A program made the position numbers and the translations under genes. From Candidatus Saccharimonadota bacterium (GTDB lineage: Bacteria > Patescibacteriota > Saccharimonadia > Saccharimonadales > JACDBH01): DNA of 64,000 nt. The stretch spans positions 66,145-130,144 of the forward strand of contig JACDBH010000001.1 in assembly GCA_013694995.1 (NCBI GenBank), in the 5' to 3' direction. The notes beneath the pieces were generated by a model. That model was not told the DNA's origin, made no database searches, and saw only the letters and a list, made by a program, of their open reading frames with translations. Every line of letters begins with the position of its first letter. The first letter of the stretch is position 1. This document shows, one piece after another, positions 44,228-52,625 of this stretch.

Positions 44228-44456
44228 GTACAGCTATTAGCTTATAGCTGAAAGTAAAAAAAAGAGCCACATGAGCCCGCTGGTTACTAAGAATTAATTG
44301 TTTGCATTTGCGAGTGTACCACAAGGCGCCAATGACTAACGATTCTTAGGTTAAGATTTTGGATGTAGCACGAGGCGGCAGTGAAGCATGGACTGAGCCG
44401 TATCTAAATACGGTGAAGGAACCCTGGAACTGGCAACGAAGTGAAACGCCAAAAGC

Positions 44457-44648
44457 TTAAACCAAGAGGCCTTTTTTCTTGAGGGTGCGGATAGCTTGCG
44501 TACTAAGTTTCATAGTCACTTTTTTGCCATCAACGGTGAAAGTCTTGGTCTGCAGGTTAGGTTTCCAGACTTTTTGGGTATGGCGCTGCGAAAAGCTCAC
44601 GTTGTGGCCGTATTGTTTGCCTTTGCCGGTTAATTCACAGCGCTGCAT
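44457..44648 (-). CDS. rpmB: 50S ribosomal protein L28
   Basis: MQRCELTGKGKQYGHNVSFSQRHTQKVWKPNLQ... is L28. Confidence 0.9.
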   Translation of the reverse strand: MQRCELTGKGKQYGHNVSFSQRHTQKVWKPNLQTKTFTVDGKKVTMKLSTQAIRTLKKKGLLV

Positions 44649-44754
44649 TTTAATCCTTACATTAGTTATATCGTTGATTCAGGGGGTAATTGTATCTGTT
44701 TTTGGGAAAAAGGTCAAGAGGTTAGAGCGGCTGGCTGGTATAATATTAGCTAAG

Positions 44755-45387
44755 ATGTTTGATAATTTATCGGCTGTTCAATTGCTCGTTGTATTCGGAT
44801 CATTACTGATTGGTATGACGGTGCATGAAGCTATGCATGCCTTTGCAGGCCATTGGTTGGGTGATTCTACAGCCTTTGAAGAAGGGCGTTTAACCTTAAA
44901 CCCATTAAAACACATCGATCTTTATACAACGGTTCTTTTGCCTATGATACTGATCCTTTTCGGTCTTCCACCGATATTTGCGGCTAAGCCAGTACCTTTC
45001 AACCCTAACCGTGTCCGTTATGACGAGTTTGGTGTTGCATTAGTAGGTTTAGCAGGGCCGTTCACTAATCTTGCCATGGCCTGTATTGCGGGCTTGATAT
45101 TCCGGCTGGTGCCGATTGCCAGCAATGGTATTTCGGATGCGTTGGTTATATTTACACTGATTAACGTCGGACTGTTCGTATTCAATATGATTCCATTCCC
45201 ACCACTGGATGGTTCTAGGTTACTCTACGCTTTTGCTCCCGAACCGTTGCAACGGGTTATGCGCTCGATTGAGGGGTTTGGGTTTGGAGCCATTCTGCTC
45301 TTTATATTCATTATCTATCAGTTCGTAGCACCGGTGGTGGGCGCAGTTATGGAAGGAATTTTGCGGATTATAGTAGGTATAGGCTAG
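44755..45387 (+). CDS. site-2 protease (M50) family membrane metalloprotease
   Basis: ATG 44755 follows a TATAAT box (44738-44743). MTVHEAMHAFAGHWLGD (HExxH) and NMIPFPPLDGSRLL (the second M50 motif). The track extension to 44479 is antisense to rpmB. Confidence 0.8.
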   Translation: MFDNLSAVQLLVVFGSLLIGMTVHEAMHAFAGHWLGDSTAFEEGRLTLNPLKHIDLYTTVLLPMILILFGLPPIFAAKPVPFNPNRVRYDEFGVALVGLAGPFTNLAMACIAGLIFRLVPIASNGISDALVIFTLINVGLFVFNMIPFPPLDGSRLLYAFAPEPLQRVMRSIEGFGFGAILLFIFIIYQFVAPVVGAVMEGILRIIVGIG

Positions 45388-45948
45388 CCGGCAAGTCCTT
45401 GGGTATGAGACAATACCAGTAGGCTGGGAATAGCCAACTATATGATAATCTGAATACTTATCATATGGGAGCTCAAGATTTTTGCAGGCCGTGGCCGGCA
45501 AGTGCGAGCACCCACCTAGAGCTAAACACTCCAGGTTGTCAGTGTTGGCCCCAGCCCTATGCATCACGCTAGCATCGTTTCGAGCAAAGCTCGAAGCCGA
45601 GCTAGCGTTTTTGGTGTTATGCGGCTGTTAAAGCCTGCGCTACTCCCTCACCGTATTTAAATATGGCTCGGTCCGTTGCTCATTTTAAAACCACTTAACA
45701 CCAAATGCATAGGGCTGGACGTCCGTGGTGTTTATAAGAGGTAGATACGGTATAATTGCATTTAGTTAATATTTTGACAGGATGTAGTTGAGGCTTATTG
45801 GGAAGAGCAGCCCGAGGTCTGTGGCTTTAACAATCAGCCAAACCAGACAGTTAGTTTGCCGTTTGGAGGATTGAGAAGAGGAACAGACCAAAAAGTAAAG
45901 CTTTGAAACTTTTGTTTCAAAACAAGCTAAAAGGTCGAGTTCCTACGA

Positions 45949-46024
45949 CAGGGTATAGCTTAGTTGGTAAAGCGCCGGGCTGGGGGTCCGGAGACCGGAG
46001 GTTCAAGTCCTCTTACCCTGACCA
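45949..46024 (+). tRNA. tRNA-Pro (anticodon GGG), CCA encoded
   Basis: CAGGGTA...TACCCTG-A-CCA, D-arm AGCTTAGTTGGTAAAGC, anticodon arm CCGGG-CTGGGGG-TCCGG, T-arm CGGAGGTTCAAGTCCTCT. A long hairpin (46026-46098) follows. Confidence 0.9.
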
Positions 46025-46192
46025 TGCAAAAGCCCGACCTTTGATTCTGAAATAACAGCAAGAACTTCTATTTCAGAATTTTATGGTCGGCTTTTGCTTT
46101 TTGAGGCCAAAGAATCTTCTTTTTGGCCGGTAAATTGAAGTGGCTCATCCAAGAACTGTTAACTGTTAGCTGTATACTGTAAAATATCCTTT

Positions 46193-46870
46193 ATGTGGAA
46201 AAAACAAAACAACCAGCTTTATAAAGAGTTTAGCTTCAAGGATTTTGATGCGGCCTTTGCTTTTATGGTGGAAGTTGCCAAAGTTGCGCAGCGGCTAAAC
46301 CACCATCCTCGTTGGTTGAACGAATGGAACAAGGTCCAGTTCTGGCTGTACAGCCACAGTGCAGGGGCTATTACGCCCCAAGATGAGGCCTTGGCGGGAG
46401 AAATCGATATGGTATTCGAGCACCAAAAACTAGCCGAACAAAACGCGCCATTACCAAAATTAAAAGAGATAAAAATCTTTGCTGATGGTGGCTCGAGAGG
46501 CAACCCCGGGCCCTCGGCTGGCGGCTATGTTATCTTGGATATGGACGATAATGTTGTAAAAAGAAACGGCAAGTATTTAGGCATTACAACCAATAACCAA
46601 GCCGAATACCATTCCATTAAAGGTGGCCTGGAAGCCGCTGTTGCCATGGGTGCTAAAGTAGCCCATGTCTATATGGACAGCATGCTGGTTGTTAATCAGA
46701 TGAAGGGCGTGTATAAGGTGAGAAATCGTGATTTGTGGCCGATTCATCAGGCTATTAAGACGCTTGTAACTTCTTTTGAACGCATTAACTTTACCCATGT
46801 GCCAAGGGAAATGAATAAACTAGCCGATGCTATGGTAAACGAGACGCTCGATTCGGTAAAAGATAAGTAA
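46193..46870 (+). CDS. rnhA: fusion protein: pterin-4a-carbinolamine dehydratase-like domain + RNase HI domain
   Basis: The N-terminus FSFKDFDAAFAFMVEVAKVAQRLNHHPRWLNEWNKVQFWLYSHSAGAITPQDEALAGEID is PCD/DCoH-like. The C-terminus IFADGGSRGNPGPSAGGYVI...TNNQAEYHSI...VYMDSMLVVNQM...HVPREMNKLADAMVN is RNase HI (DEDD residues present). Confidence 0.75.
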   Translation: MWKKQNNQLYKEFSFKDFDAAFAFMVEVAKVAQRLNHHPRWLNEWNKVQFWLYSHSAGAITPQDEALAGEIDMVFEHQKLAEQNAPLPKLKEIKIFADGGSRGNPGPSAGGYVILDMDDNVVKRNGKYLGITTNNQAEYHSIKGGLEAAVAMGAKVAHVYMDSMLVVNQMKGVYKVRNRDLWPIHQAIKTLVTSFERINFTHVPREMNKLADAMVNETLDSVKDK

Positions 46871-47077
46871 CAAAATGACCGCCTATTTCAGGCGGCCATT
46901 ATGATGTAGGCCAGATGATCTATAAGCCGGGTTCTGTTTAGAACTAGCCCAGGCCTGCACATTTAGCAAATAGCAGGTCCAAGCTTCATGCTGTACCTAT
47001 CGTGCGTCAACATATCTTTAGATATGCCTCTTTACGATAAGTTCAACCTAAAACTCGTCAGCAACTATTTTGCTTTT

Positions 47078-47514
47078 TAATGTTCAGACCAGGGCCAGCT
47101 CCTGCTAATCATCTATCTAGGCTTAGGATTGCTCCTAAGCTCAAGCGGTTTTTGTTGACGAGCCCCGGCGGGAAACCTTGATGGGACTTATCTCCTTGCA
47201 GCGGACAGGGTTTACCTCTTCTACACGTCACCGTGCAGAACTGTGGGCTCTTACCCCACTCGTTTCATCCTTACCGTCAGCGCTCCGCCCTGACAAGTCG
47301 AAAGTTTGCAAAGTATAAAGTTTGAAAGTCATATGAATTTCAAACTTTAGGAACTTTTAACTTTTTAACTTGCCGGTGCGAAGCACGGCGGCGGTATCGT
47401 TTCTGTGGCACTTTCCCTGAGGTTACCCTCGGTTGCCGTTAACAACTGTCTTTCCCTACGCTGCCCGGACTTTCCTCTCGCGTATAAACGCGGGCGATTA
47501 GCCGAACATCTGAC
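47078..47514 (-). ncRNA. rnpB: RNase P RNA (bacterial type), approximate ends
   Basis: The minus strand contains GAGAGGAAAGTCCGGGC (plus-strand coordinates 47463-47479). P2 pairing is GCTAATC/GATTAGC. P1 pairing is ATGTTC/GAACAT (47504-47509 with 47080-47085). The 3' CCTAGATAGATGATTAGC...GGCCCTGGTCTGAAC resembles the P4 3' strand. A TATAAT box lies just upstream (plus 47521-47526). No ORF anywhere in this region. Confidence 0.8.
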
Positions 47515-47549
47515 AACCATATTATAGCATAAACAGATTAAAAAGGGAG

Positions 47550-47924
47550 TTATTTTTCAGCGGCTTTGACTTGGCTTACATCAGCGGAGGCTGAGTTGAC
47601 TACTGCAGTGAAAGCTGCTGGTTCGTTGACGGCCAGTTCGGCCAATACTTTTCGGTTGAGGTCGATATGAGTCCCTTTGAGGGCGGCGATAAGCTTGCTG
47701 TAAGTTGTGCCGTTTATGCGTGCAGCGGCATTAATACGAGCATTCCATAGAGAACGAAAAGTGCGCTTCTTGTTACGGCGGTCACGATAGGCGTGCTGCA
47801 GGCCTTTTACGACAGCCTGGCGGCCACGTTTGACACTTGAACGGTTGGGACGCGTCATCCCTTTAGTGGCGTGACGGATTTTCTGGTGGCGCTGGTGGGA
47901 TGTAACGCCTCTCTTAACGCGCAT
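47550..47924 (-). CDS. rplT: 50S ribosomal protein L20
   Basis: [22 protein letters not shown]...[24 protein letters not shown]. Confidence 0.92.
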   Translation of the reverse strand: MRVKRGVTSHQRHQKIRHATKGMTRPNRSSVKRGRQAVVKGLQHAYRDRRNKKRTFRSLWNARINAAARINGTTYSKLIAALKGTHIDLNRKVLAELAVNEPAAFTAVVNSASADVSQVKAAEK

Positions 47925-47926
47925 AG

Positions 47927-48121
47927 TTAGGCTCCTAGTTTCAGTTTAATATTCTTAGCTGATTTGCCGGTCATTTCTTGCAAGCCAGCAAAAGTCCGTT
48001 TGCGTGAAGCACTTTTCTTTTGTAGAAGGTGGTTACCAGATGCATGGCGCATCAGCACCTTGTCGTTCTTGGTAATCCGTACTCTTTTTTTGGTACCTTT
48101 ATGAGTTTTTAGTTTGGGCAT
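47927..48121 (-). CDS. rpmI: 50S ribosomal protein L35
   Basis: [37 protein letters not shown]. Confidence 0.9.
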   Translation of the reverse strand: MPKLKTHKGTKKRVRITKNDKVLMRHASGNHLLQKKSASRKRTFAGLQEMTGKSAKNIKLKLGA

Positions 48122-48629
48122 GGCTGTTACTCCTTATGACGAATATTAGCTGTTTACCGTTTAGTTGTGGTAGTTGATCAACATTTACCTTTTCCCCGAA
48201 GCTTTCAATCACTCTGTCAGCTAGTTTGAAACCGAGGTCGCGGTGTGCATTTTCCCGTCCCCGGTAGACTACTGCAATCTTTACTTTATGACCTTCGTCC
48301 AAAAACTCGGTAATCTTGCGAAGTTTGACGCCGAGGTCATGATCACTAATCTTCAGCCCAAAACGCATCTGCTTGACTTCAAAAGTCTTGGTGTTACGTT
48401 TGTTCTTCTGAAGCTGCTTAGTTTTCTGGTAATTGTACTTGCCCCAGTTAACAATTTTGGCGACCGGAGGGTTTGCTTCCGGTGAAATCTCAACCAGGTC
48501 AAGATCGGCAGATTCAGCGGCACGTAATGCTTCGACTCTAGACATAACTCCAAGCTGGCGGCCTTCCTCATCGATGACTCTCAGCTCAGGTGCCCGAATA
48601 GCTTCATTCAGGCGTGTGGTTTTGTTGAT
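48099..48629 (-). CDS. infC: translation initiation factor IF-3, non-AUG (AUC) start
   Basis: The track ORF begins at an internal Met (48545). The frame stays open upstream to a TAG at 48633-48635 and encodes INKTTRLNEAIRAPELRVIDEEGRQLGV, the conserved IF3 N-terminus. The only plausible start is ATC 48629-48627, with GGAGAAG 6 nt upstream of it. Confidence 0.8.
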   Translation of the reverse strand: MNKTTRLNEAIRAPELRVIDEEGRQLGVMSRVEALRAAESADLDLVEISPEANPPVAKIVNWGKYNYQKTKQLQKNKRNTKTFEVKQMRFGLKISDHDLGVKLRKITEFLDEGHKVKIAVVYRGRENAHRDLGFKLADRVIESFGEKVNVDQLPQLNGKQLIFVIRSNSHAQTKNS

Positions 48630-48719
48630 AAACTACTTCTCCTCATTCATTGGTGAATTTGAGTAACATTCTAACAGATACCGTACCAGTGGTCAAGGTG
48701 CTAAAGTTATCCACCACCT

Positions 48720-50237
48720 TTAGCTAATAATAACTTTAGGGCGGTATTGTAGGGCCTCGGCTATATGTATATCATCAACATTAACAGACTCTGCTAAATC
48801 AGCAATTGTACGGGCTACTTTGACGGCTCTCATGTAAGCCCGGGCAGATAACCGTAGCTGCTCACTGGCTCTATCAATAAGCTGCTTGGCACTATCAGTT
48901 AGCAATGCGGCTTGTTTAGTGCTTCTGGTATTAAGAGAACCGTTCAGGCTGCCTTTATTATGTTGCCGTTCTCGCTGGAGTTTGCGTGCAGCGCTGACTC
49001 GACTAACGATACGGCTACTGGTTTCTTCGCTAGATTCAAGGGCAAGTAGAGTACTGTGCTCGACCGGATCGACATCAACATACAAGTCAATACGATCCAA
49101 TATTGGCCCCGATAGTTTCTTTTCGTACTTAAGGACTTGCTGGGGTGTACAAATACAAGGCTTATCGCTGCCGTAATAACCACATGGGCAGGGGTTCTTG
49201 GTAGCAACAAGAATAAAGTCGGCCGGGAAGACCAAACTGTCCTTGGCCCGCGCTATTGAAATTACTTTATCTTCAAGTGGTTGGCGGAGTGTTTCTATGG
49301 TTGTGCGAGCAAACTCCGGTAGCTCATCCAAAAATAATACGCCATGATGCGCCAGGCTTACCTCACCGGGATGGGGCTTGGAGCCACCGCCAATGACAGC
49401 TACGTTGCTGGCGCTATGGTGGGGACTACGGAAGGGCCGGTTGGTAATAATACGGTCGAAGTGTTGGTGTGACAAGCTATGCAGGTGAGTGACAATAAGC
49501 ATTTCCTCACGGCTCATCTGAGGCAGAATCGTGGGCAGGGCTTTGGCGAGCATACTCTTACCTGTACCGGGGGCTCCCGAAAGCAGGACGTTGTGCTGTC
49601 CGGCAGCGGCAATTTCTAGGGCGCGTTTGGCGTTGGATTGTCCAACTACATCTGAAAAATCAGTCTCATATGACATAACTGTGCCTAACGAGGGCAACTT
49701 ATCTACAGCTTTGAACTTATCACCCGGGATATTCAAAACTCTTATAAACTCAGACAGACTGTCGAGCGCCAATATTCTAATATCTGGAATAAGTTGTACC
49801 TGAGCTAAGTTAGCCCGAGGGATGACAAATTGCCGGAAGCCCTGGCTTTTAGCTACTAATACTTTCCCAATCAGACCGCGAATAGGCCTGATAGATCCAT
49901 CAAGACCCAATTCGCCAAAGAATAAGGCACTATTAAAAGCTTCATCGAGTTTTATTTGTTGAGTGGCCTGCAGAATGGCCGCAGCCATAGCAAGATCAAG
50001 ACTACTGCCATCTTTGGGGATATCGGCCGGTGCCAAGTTTAGAGTAATGCGCTTGCGGGGCAGGTTAAGCTTGCTGCTAGTGAAAGCGCCGCGTAATCGC
50101 TCACGAGCTTCATCAACCGCTTTATTGGCTACGCCAACAATTACGATATTGGGCAGGTTGTTTGATAAATGGCATTCGGCTTCAACAACCGTACCATCCA
50201 TGCCTTGTTCAATTAGACTGCGGACTGCCACTCCCAT
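48720..50237 (-). CDS. comM: ComM/YifB-family Mg-chelatase-like AAA+ ATPase
   Basis: GMDGTVVEAECHLSNNLPNIVIVGVANKAVDEARERL, Walker A LSGAPGTGKSMLA, Walker B VLFLDELPEF, C-terminal ChlI-like region. The start is placed at ATG 50237 (M17 of the track ORF), which has a TTGCCT-16 nt-TACAAT promoter just upstream. Confidence 0.88.
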   Translation of the reverse strand: MGVAVRSLIEQGMDGTVVEAECHLSNNLPNIVIVGVANKAVDEARERLRGAFTSSKLNLPRKRITLNLAPADIPKDGSSLDLAMAAAILQATQQIKLDEAFNSALFFGELGLDGSIRPIRGLIGKVLVAKSQGFRQFVIPRANLAQVQLIPDIRILALDSLSEFIRVLNIPGDKFKAVDKLPSLGTVMSYETDFSDVVGQSNAKRALEIAAAGQHNVLLSGAPGTGKSMLAKALPTILPQMSREEMLIVTHLHSLSHQHFDRIITNRPFRSPHHSASNVAVIGGGSKPHPGEVSLAHHGVLFLDELPEFARTTIETLRQPLEDKVISIARAKDSLVFPADFILVATKNPCPCGYYGSDKPCICTPQQVLKYEKKLSGPILDRIDLYVDVDPVEHSTLLALESSEETSSRIVSRVSAARKLQRERQHNKGSLNGSLNTRSTKQAALLTDSAKQLIDRASEQLRLSARAYMRAVKVARTIADLAESVNVDDIHIAEALQYRPKVIIS

Positions 50238-51766
50238 AATGAATTTGATTGTAAGCATAAAGCAGCAATAGGCAAGCATGAGCATCTATTTTTTAATAAA
50301 AACGGAAAAAGAAAAAACCCACTGATATTTTGCAGCGGGCTTTTTGATGTGGGTAGTGTTGTTTTGTCTTTTTAAAGTGTTTGTCTATTTTTTAGTGGTG
50401 ATAACAGCTTGCGAGAAACTGTTATCACCGATGTTCTTTTTGTTTTTGAGCACTTTTTTTATTCAGTGCTGAATACATCTTATAAAGCCTTAATAATAGT
50501 GTCAATAAGATTGTGCTTTTAATATCTGTGTATAACTTTTCCGTAGGTAAAATAAAGGTAGATTATAACCGAGTTTATATGTAATTTTTACTCCCCCAGT
50601 CGTACCAAAACTACCAACTAGCACTATTGTACCGGACCACTTGTTCTAAGGAGCTGGTTGGTAAGCTTATTCATGTAGGGTGGATATATTTAAGATTAAA
50701 GCCGAATCATAACGTAGAAAAGGTATGCCTAATTAAACAATTAAGTTCAATTAGGCTACGGCCATACTTTGTTAGGTAGAATCCACCCACGCTGGTACTT
50801 ATTGACCATAAAAATTAAAACATATAGTCATACCTAAGTGGGTTATAACGAAGCATATTAAGTTAGTTTCTGTAAATCAAAAATGTATGACCATACGACC
50901 CATCCATTAGAGTTTGAGTAGCTTGCATATAAAGTTTTAGGTAATAAGCATAAATCGGCTATGAATTATTAATAAAACCTAAAAATATATAAAACTGCTA
51001 CGGACGCGTTATGTAGGTAATATAAAGACAATCAAAAATAAAGTCTGTATTGTACATGGACGCTTTTAAAAATCGTTTGGAAGTGGGTTGTTAGCAAAAA
51101 GGAGGGGGCTGGTATAAGTAAATTGCAGTAGCTAATTAAAGCACTTGGGTCATTATTGTAGTATTATCTACATATTCTTAATATATATCATGTTAATAAT
51201 TACTACAGGCTGATTATGCTCTTGTATGACTTGTGTACACAATATGTTTATAAGTAATAAGAGACAGCAAAATAAAGAAATAAACATCTTAATAAATTTC
51301 TAAAGTCTAATGGTTAATCTATCAAGGCAGAAAACAGGAACGTTAGTGGTTCAAAACGCACAATTATCTCACAACAGGGCCTTAGATAACCTAATAATTC
51401 AGATACACCAAGCTTACATAATGGATGTAGTACAAAATACACAAATCAAAGAGTTAAATAATACAACAAAAAATATAGCACATATAACAGGGAATACGTT
51501 GATTTAAAGACATCAATAGTATTGACAATAGTAGTTTACTGAAGTATGATGCAGGAGTGATGCAACAAATAAAAACCTTCCCAAACTCTTCATAACAAAA
51601 TAAGAACATCGCTTGCTACCCGCTAAACGGGTAACGAGCGGTCAGTCAAAGCCTTTGGACGGTAAGCGCTATAAAATAATAATTTATCGAGCGGATTTAC
51701 CGTCCGGGCTCCAAAAAAACATGTCTTTTTATAAAAAACCTCTATCAAATAAAAACGAACAAAAAT

Positions 51767-52147
51767 ATGAACTCTAAACATACATTTAAAAAGCAGGTTA
51801 CGATGTGCCTAAGTAGCTTCTTGGTCTTAGGTATTTTTGTATTATCGACAAACCCAAGAGATTTGTCGGCTGCCTTATTATTAGTACTACCTTTACTAGT
51901 TTATTTAACTGTATATTCTGCTTCTAGATTAACCGCAAACTACTTTTTTAGCACTTCTAAGATTAGGGTACATTCAGTAAGTGCGATAATTGCGGCCGGG
52001 CCAACGCTGATGGTTATCTTGGGATCTTTAGGCCAGTTAGGTGTGCAGGATATTTTATTAGCATGCATGTTATGTGCTGGACTCGGTTGGTATTTACGCC
52101 GCTTACCTCGAGCTACGCAAAGAGACCTAGCGCTTGCTAGACAATAA
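51767..52147 (+). CDS. hypothetical 4-TM membrane protein
   Basis: 126 aa with four hydrophobic helices. First ORF after the 1.5-kb AT-rich gap. Confidence 0.5.
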   Translation: MNSKHTFKKQVTMCLSSFLVLGIFVLSTNPRDLSAALLLVLPLLVYLTVYSASRLTANYFFSTSKIRVHSVSAIIAAGPTLMVILGSLGQLGVQDILLACMLCAGLGWYLRRLPRATQRDLALARQ

Positions 52148-52223
52148 ATTATAGCTAGCAACTTCCTGTCGACGGTTTCTATCTGTAACTGACACTATCT
52201 GTTTGGTATACTAATATATAAGC

Positions 52224-52607
52224 ATGAACCCGAATAAGCCACAGCCTAGTTTTGAATTGCCGACGCCTGTACAGTCCGGTGAGAACAAGCCTGATGTTTC
52301 GGCTGAAGTTGCACCGGCCCATAGTGAACAGCACCCGTCTATTCCAGCGGCTGTTCCTTCAAGCCTGCCTCAAACCCCACCTCTCACCGCACCAACTCCT
52401 ACTCCGCCATCACTGGATCCCCAAGGGCAGAGCCCGCTAATCGCCGATGATGCGGATCTTATCGAAAAGGAGTGGGTAGAAAAAGCAAAACGAATTGTAG
52501 CGGGTACAAAGCAAGATCCTTACGCTCAGAACCGGGAGATAAACCGCTTTAAGGCAGATTATATGAAAAAGAGATATAACAAGGACGTTAAGATTGATGA
52601 ATCATAG
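52224..52607 (+). CDS. hypothetical protein, Pro-rich N-terminus and basic helical C-terminus
   Basis: 127 aa. PTPVQSGENKPD...TPPLTAPTPTPPSL, then IEKEWVEKAKRIVAGTKQDPYAQNREINRFKADYMKKRY. Confidence 0.5.
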   Translation: MNPNKPQPSFELPTPVQSGENKPDVSAEVAPAHSEQHPSIPAAVPSSLPQTPPLTAPTPTPPSLDPQGQSPLIADDADLIEKEWVEKAKRIVAGTKQDPYAQNREINRFKADYMKKRYNKDVKIDES

Positions 52608-52625
52608 GTGGCGGGTACTTAATAT

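Noticed and set aside
44270-44456. SRP (4.5S) RNA, tmRNA or 6S RNA in the spacers around rpmB and before tRNA-Pro
   Set aside because: There are partial resemblances (GAAGGAA...AAGTG). The conserved SRP helix-8 GGAA-tetraloop context, the tmRNA tRNA-like ends and the 6S long-hairpin shape could not be found by eye. Only a covariance-model scan could settle this.
45220-45567. 115-aa minus-strand ORF
   Set aside because: It is antisense to the 3' end of the M50 protease gene and runs into the nested-helix element. It has no RBS.
51600-51766. Riboswitch (preQ1-I or fluoride) ahead of the 4-TM protein gene
   Set aside because: The A-rich tail CCTCTATCAAATAAAAAC superficially resembles a preQ1-I tail, but the required upstream AGAGG stem partner is absent. 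The downstream protein lacks CrcB motifs (GGxTTFST). It is left as an unassigned structured segment within the AT-rich-block finding.
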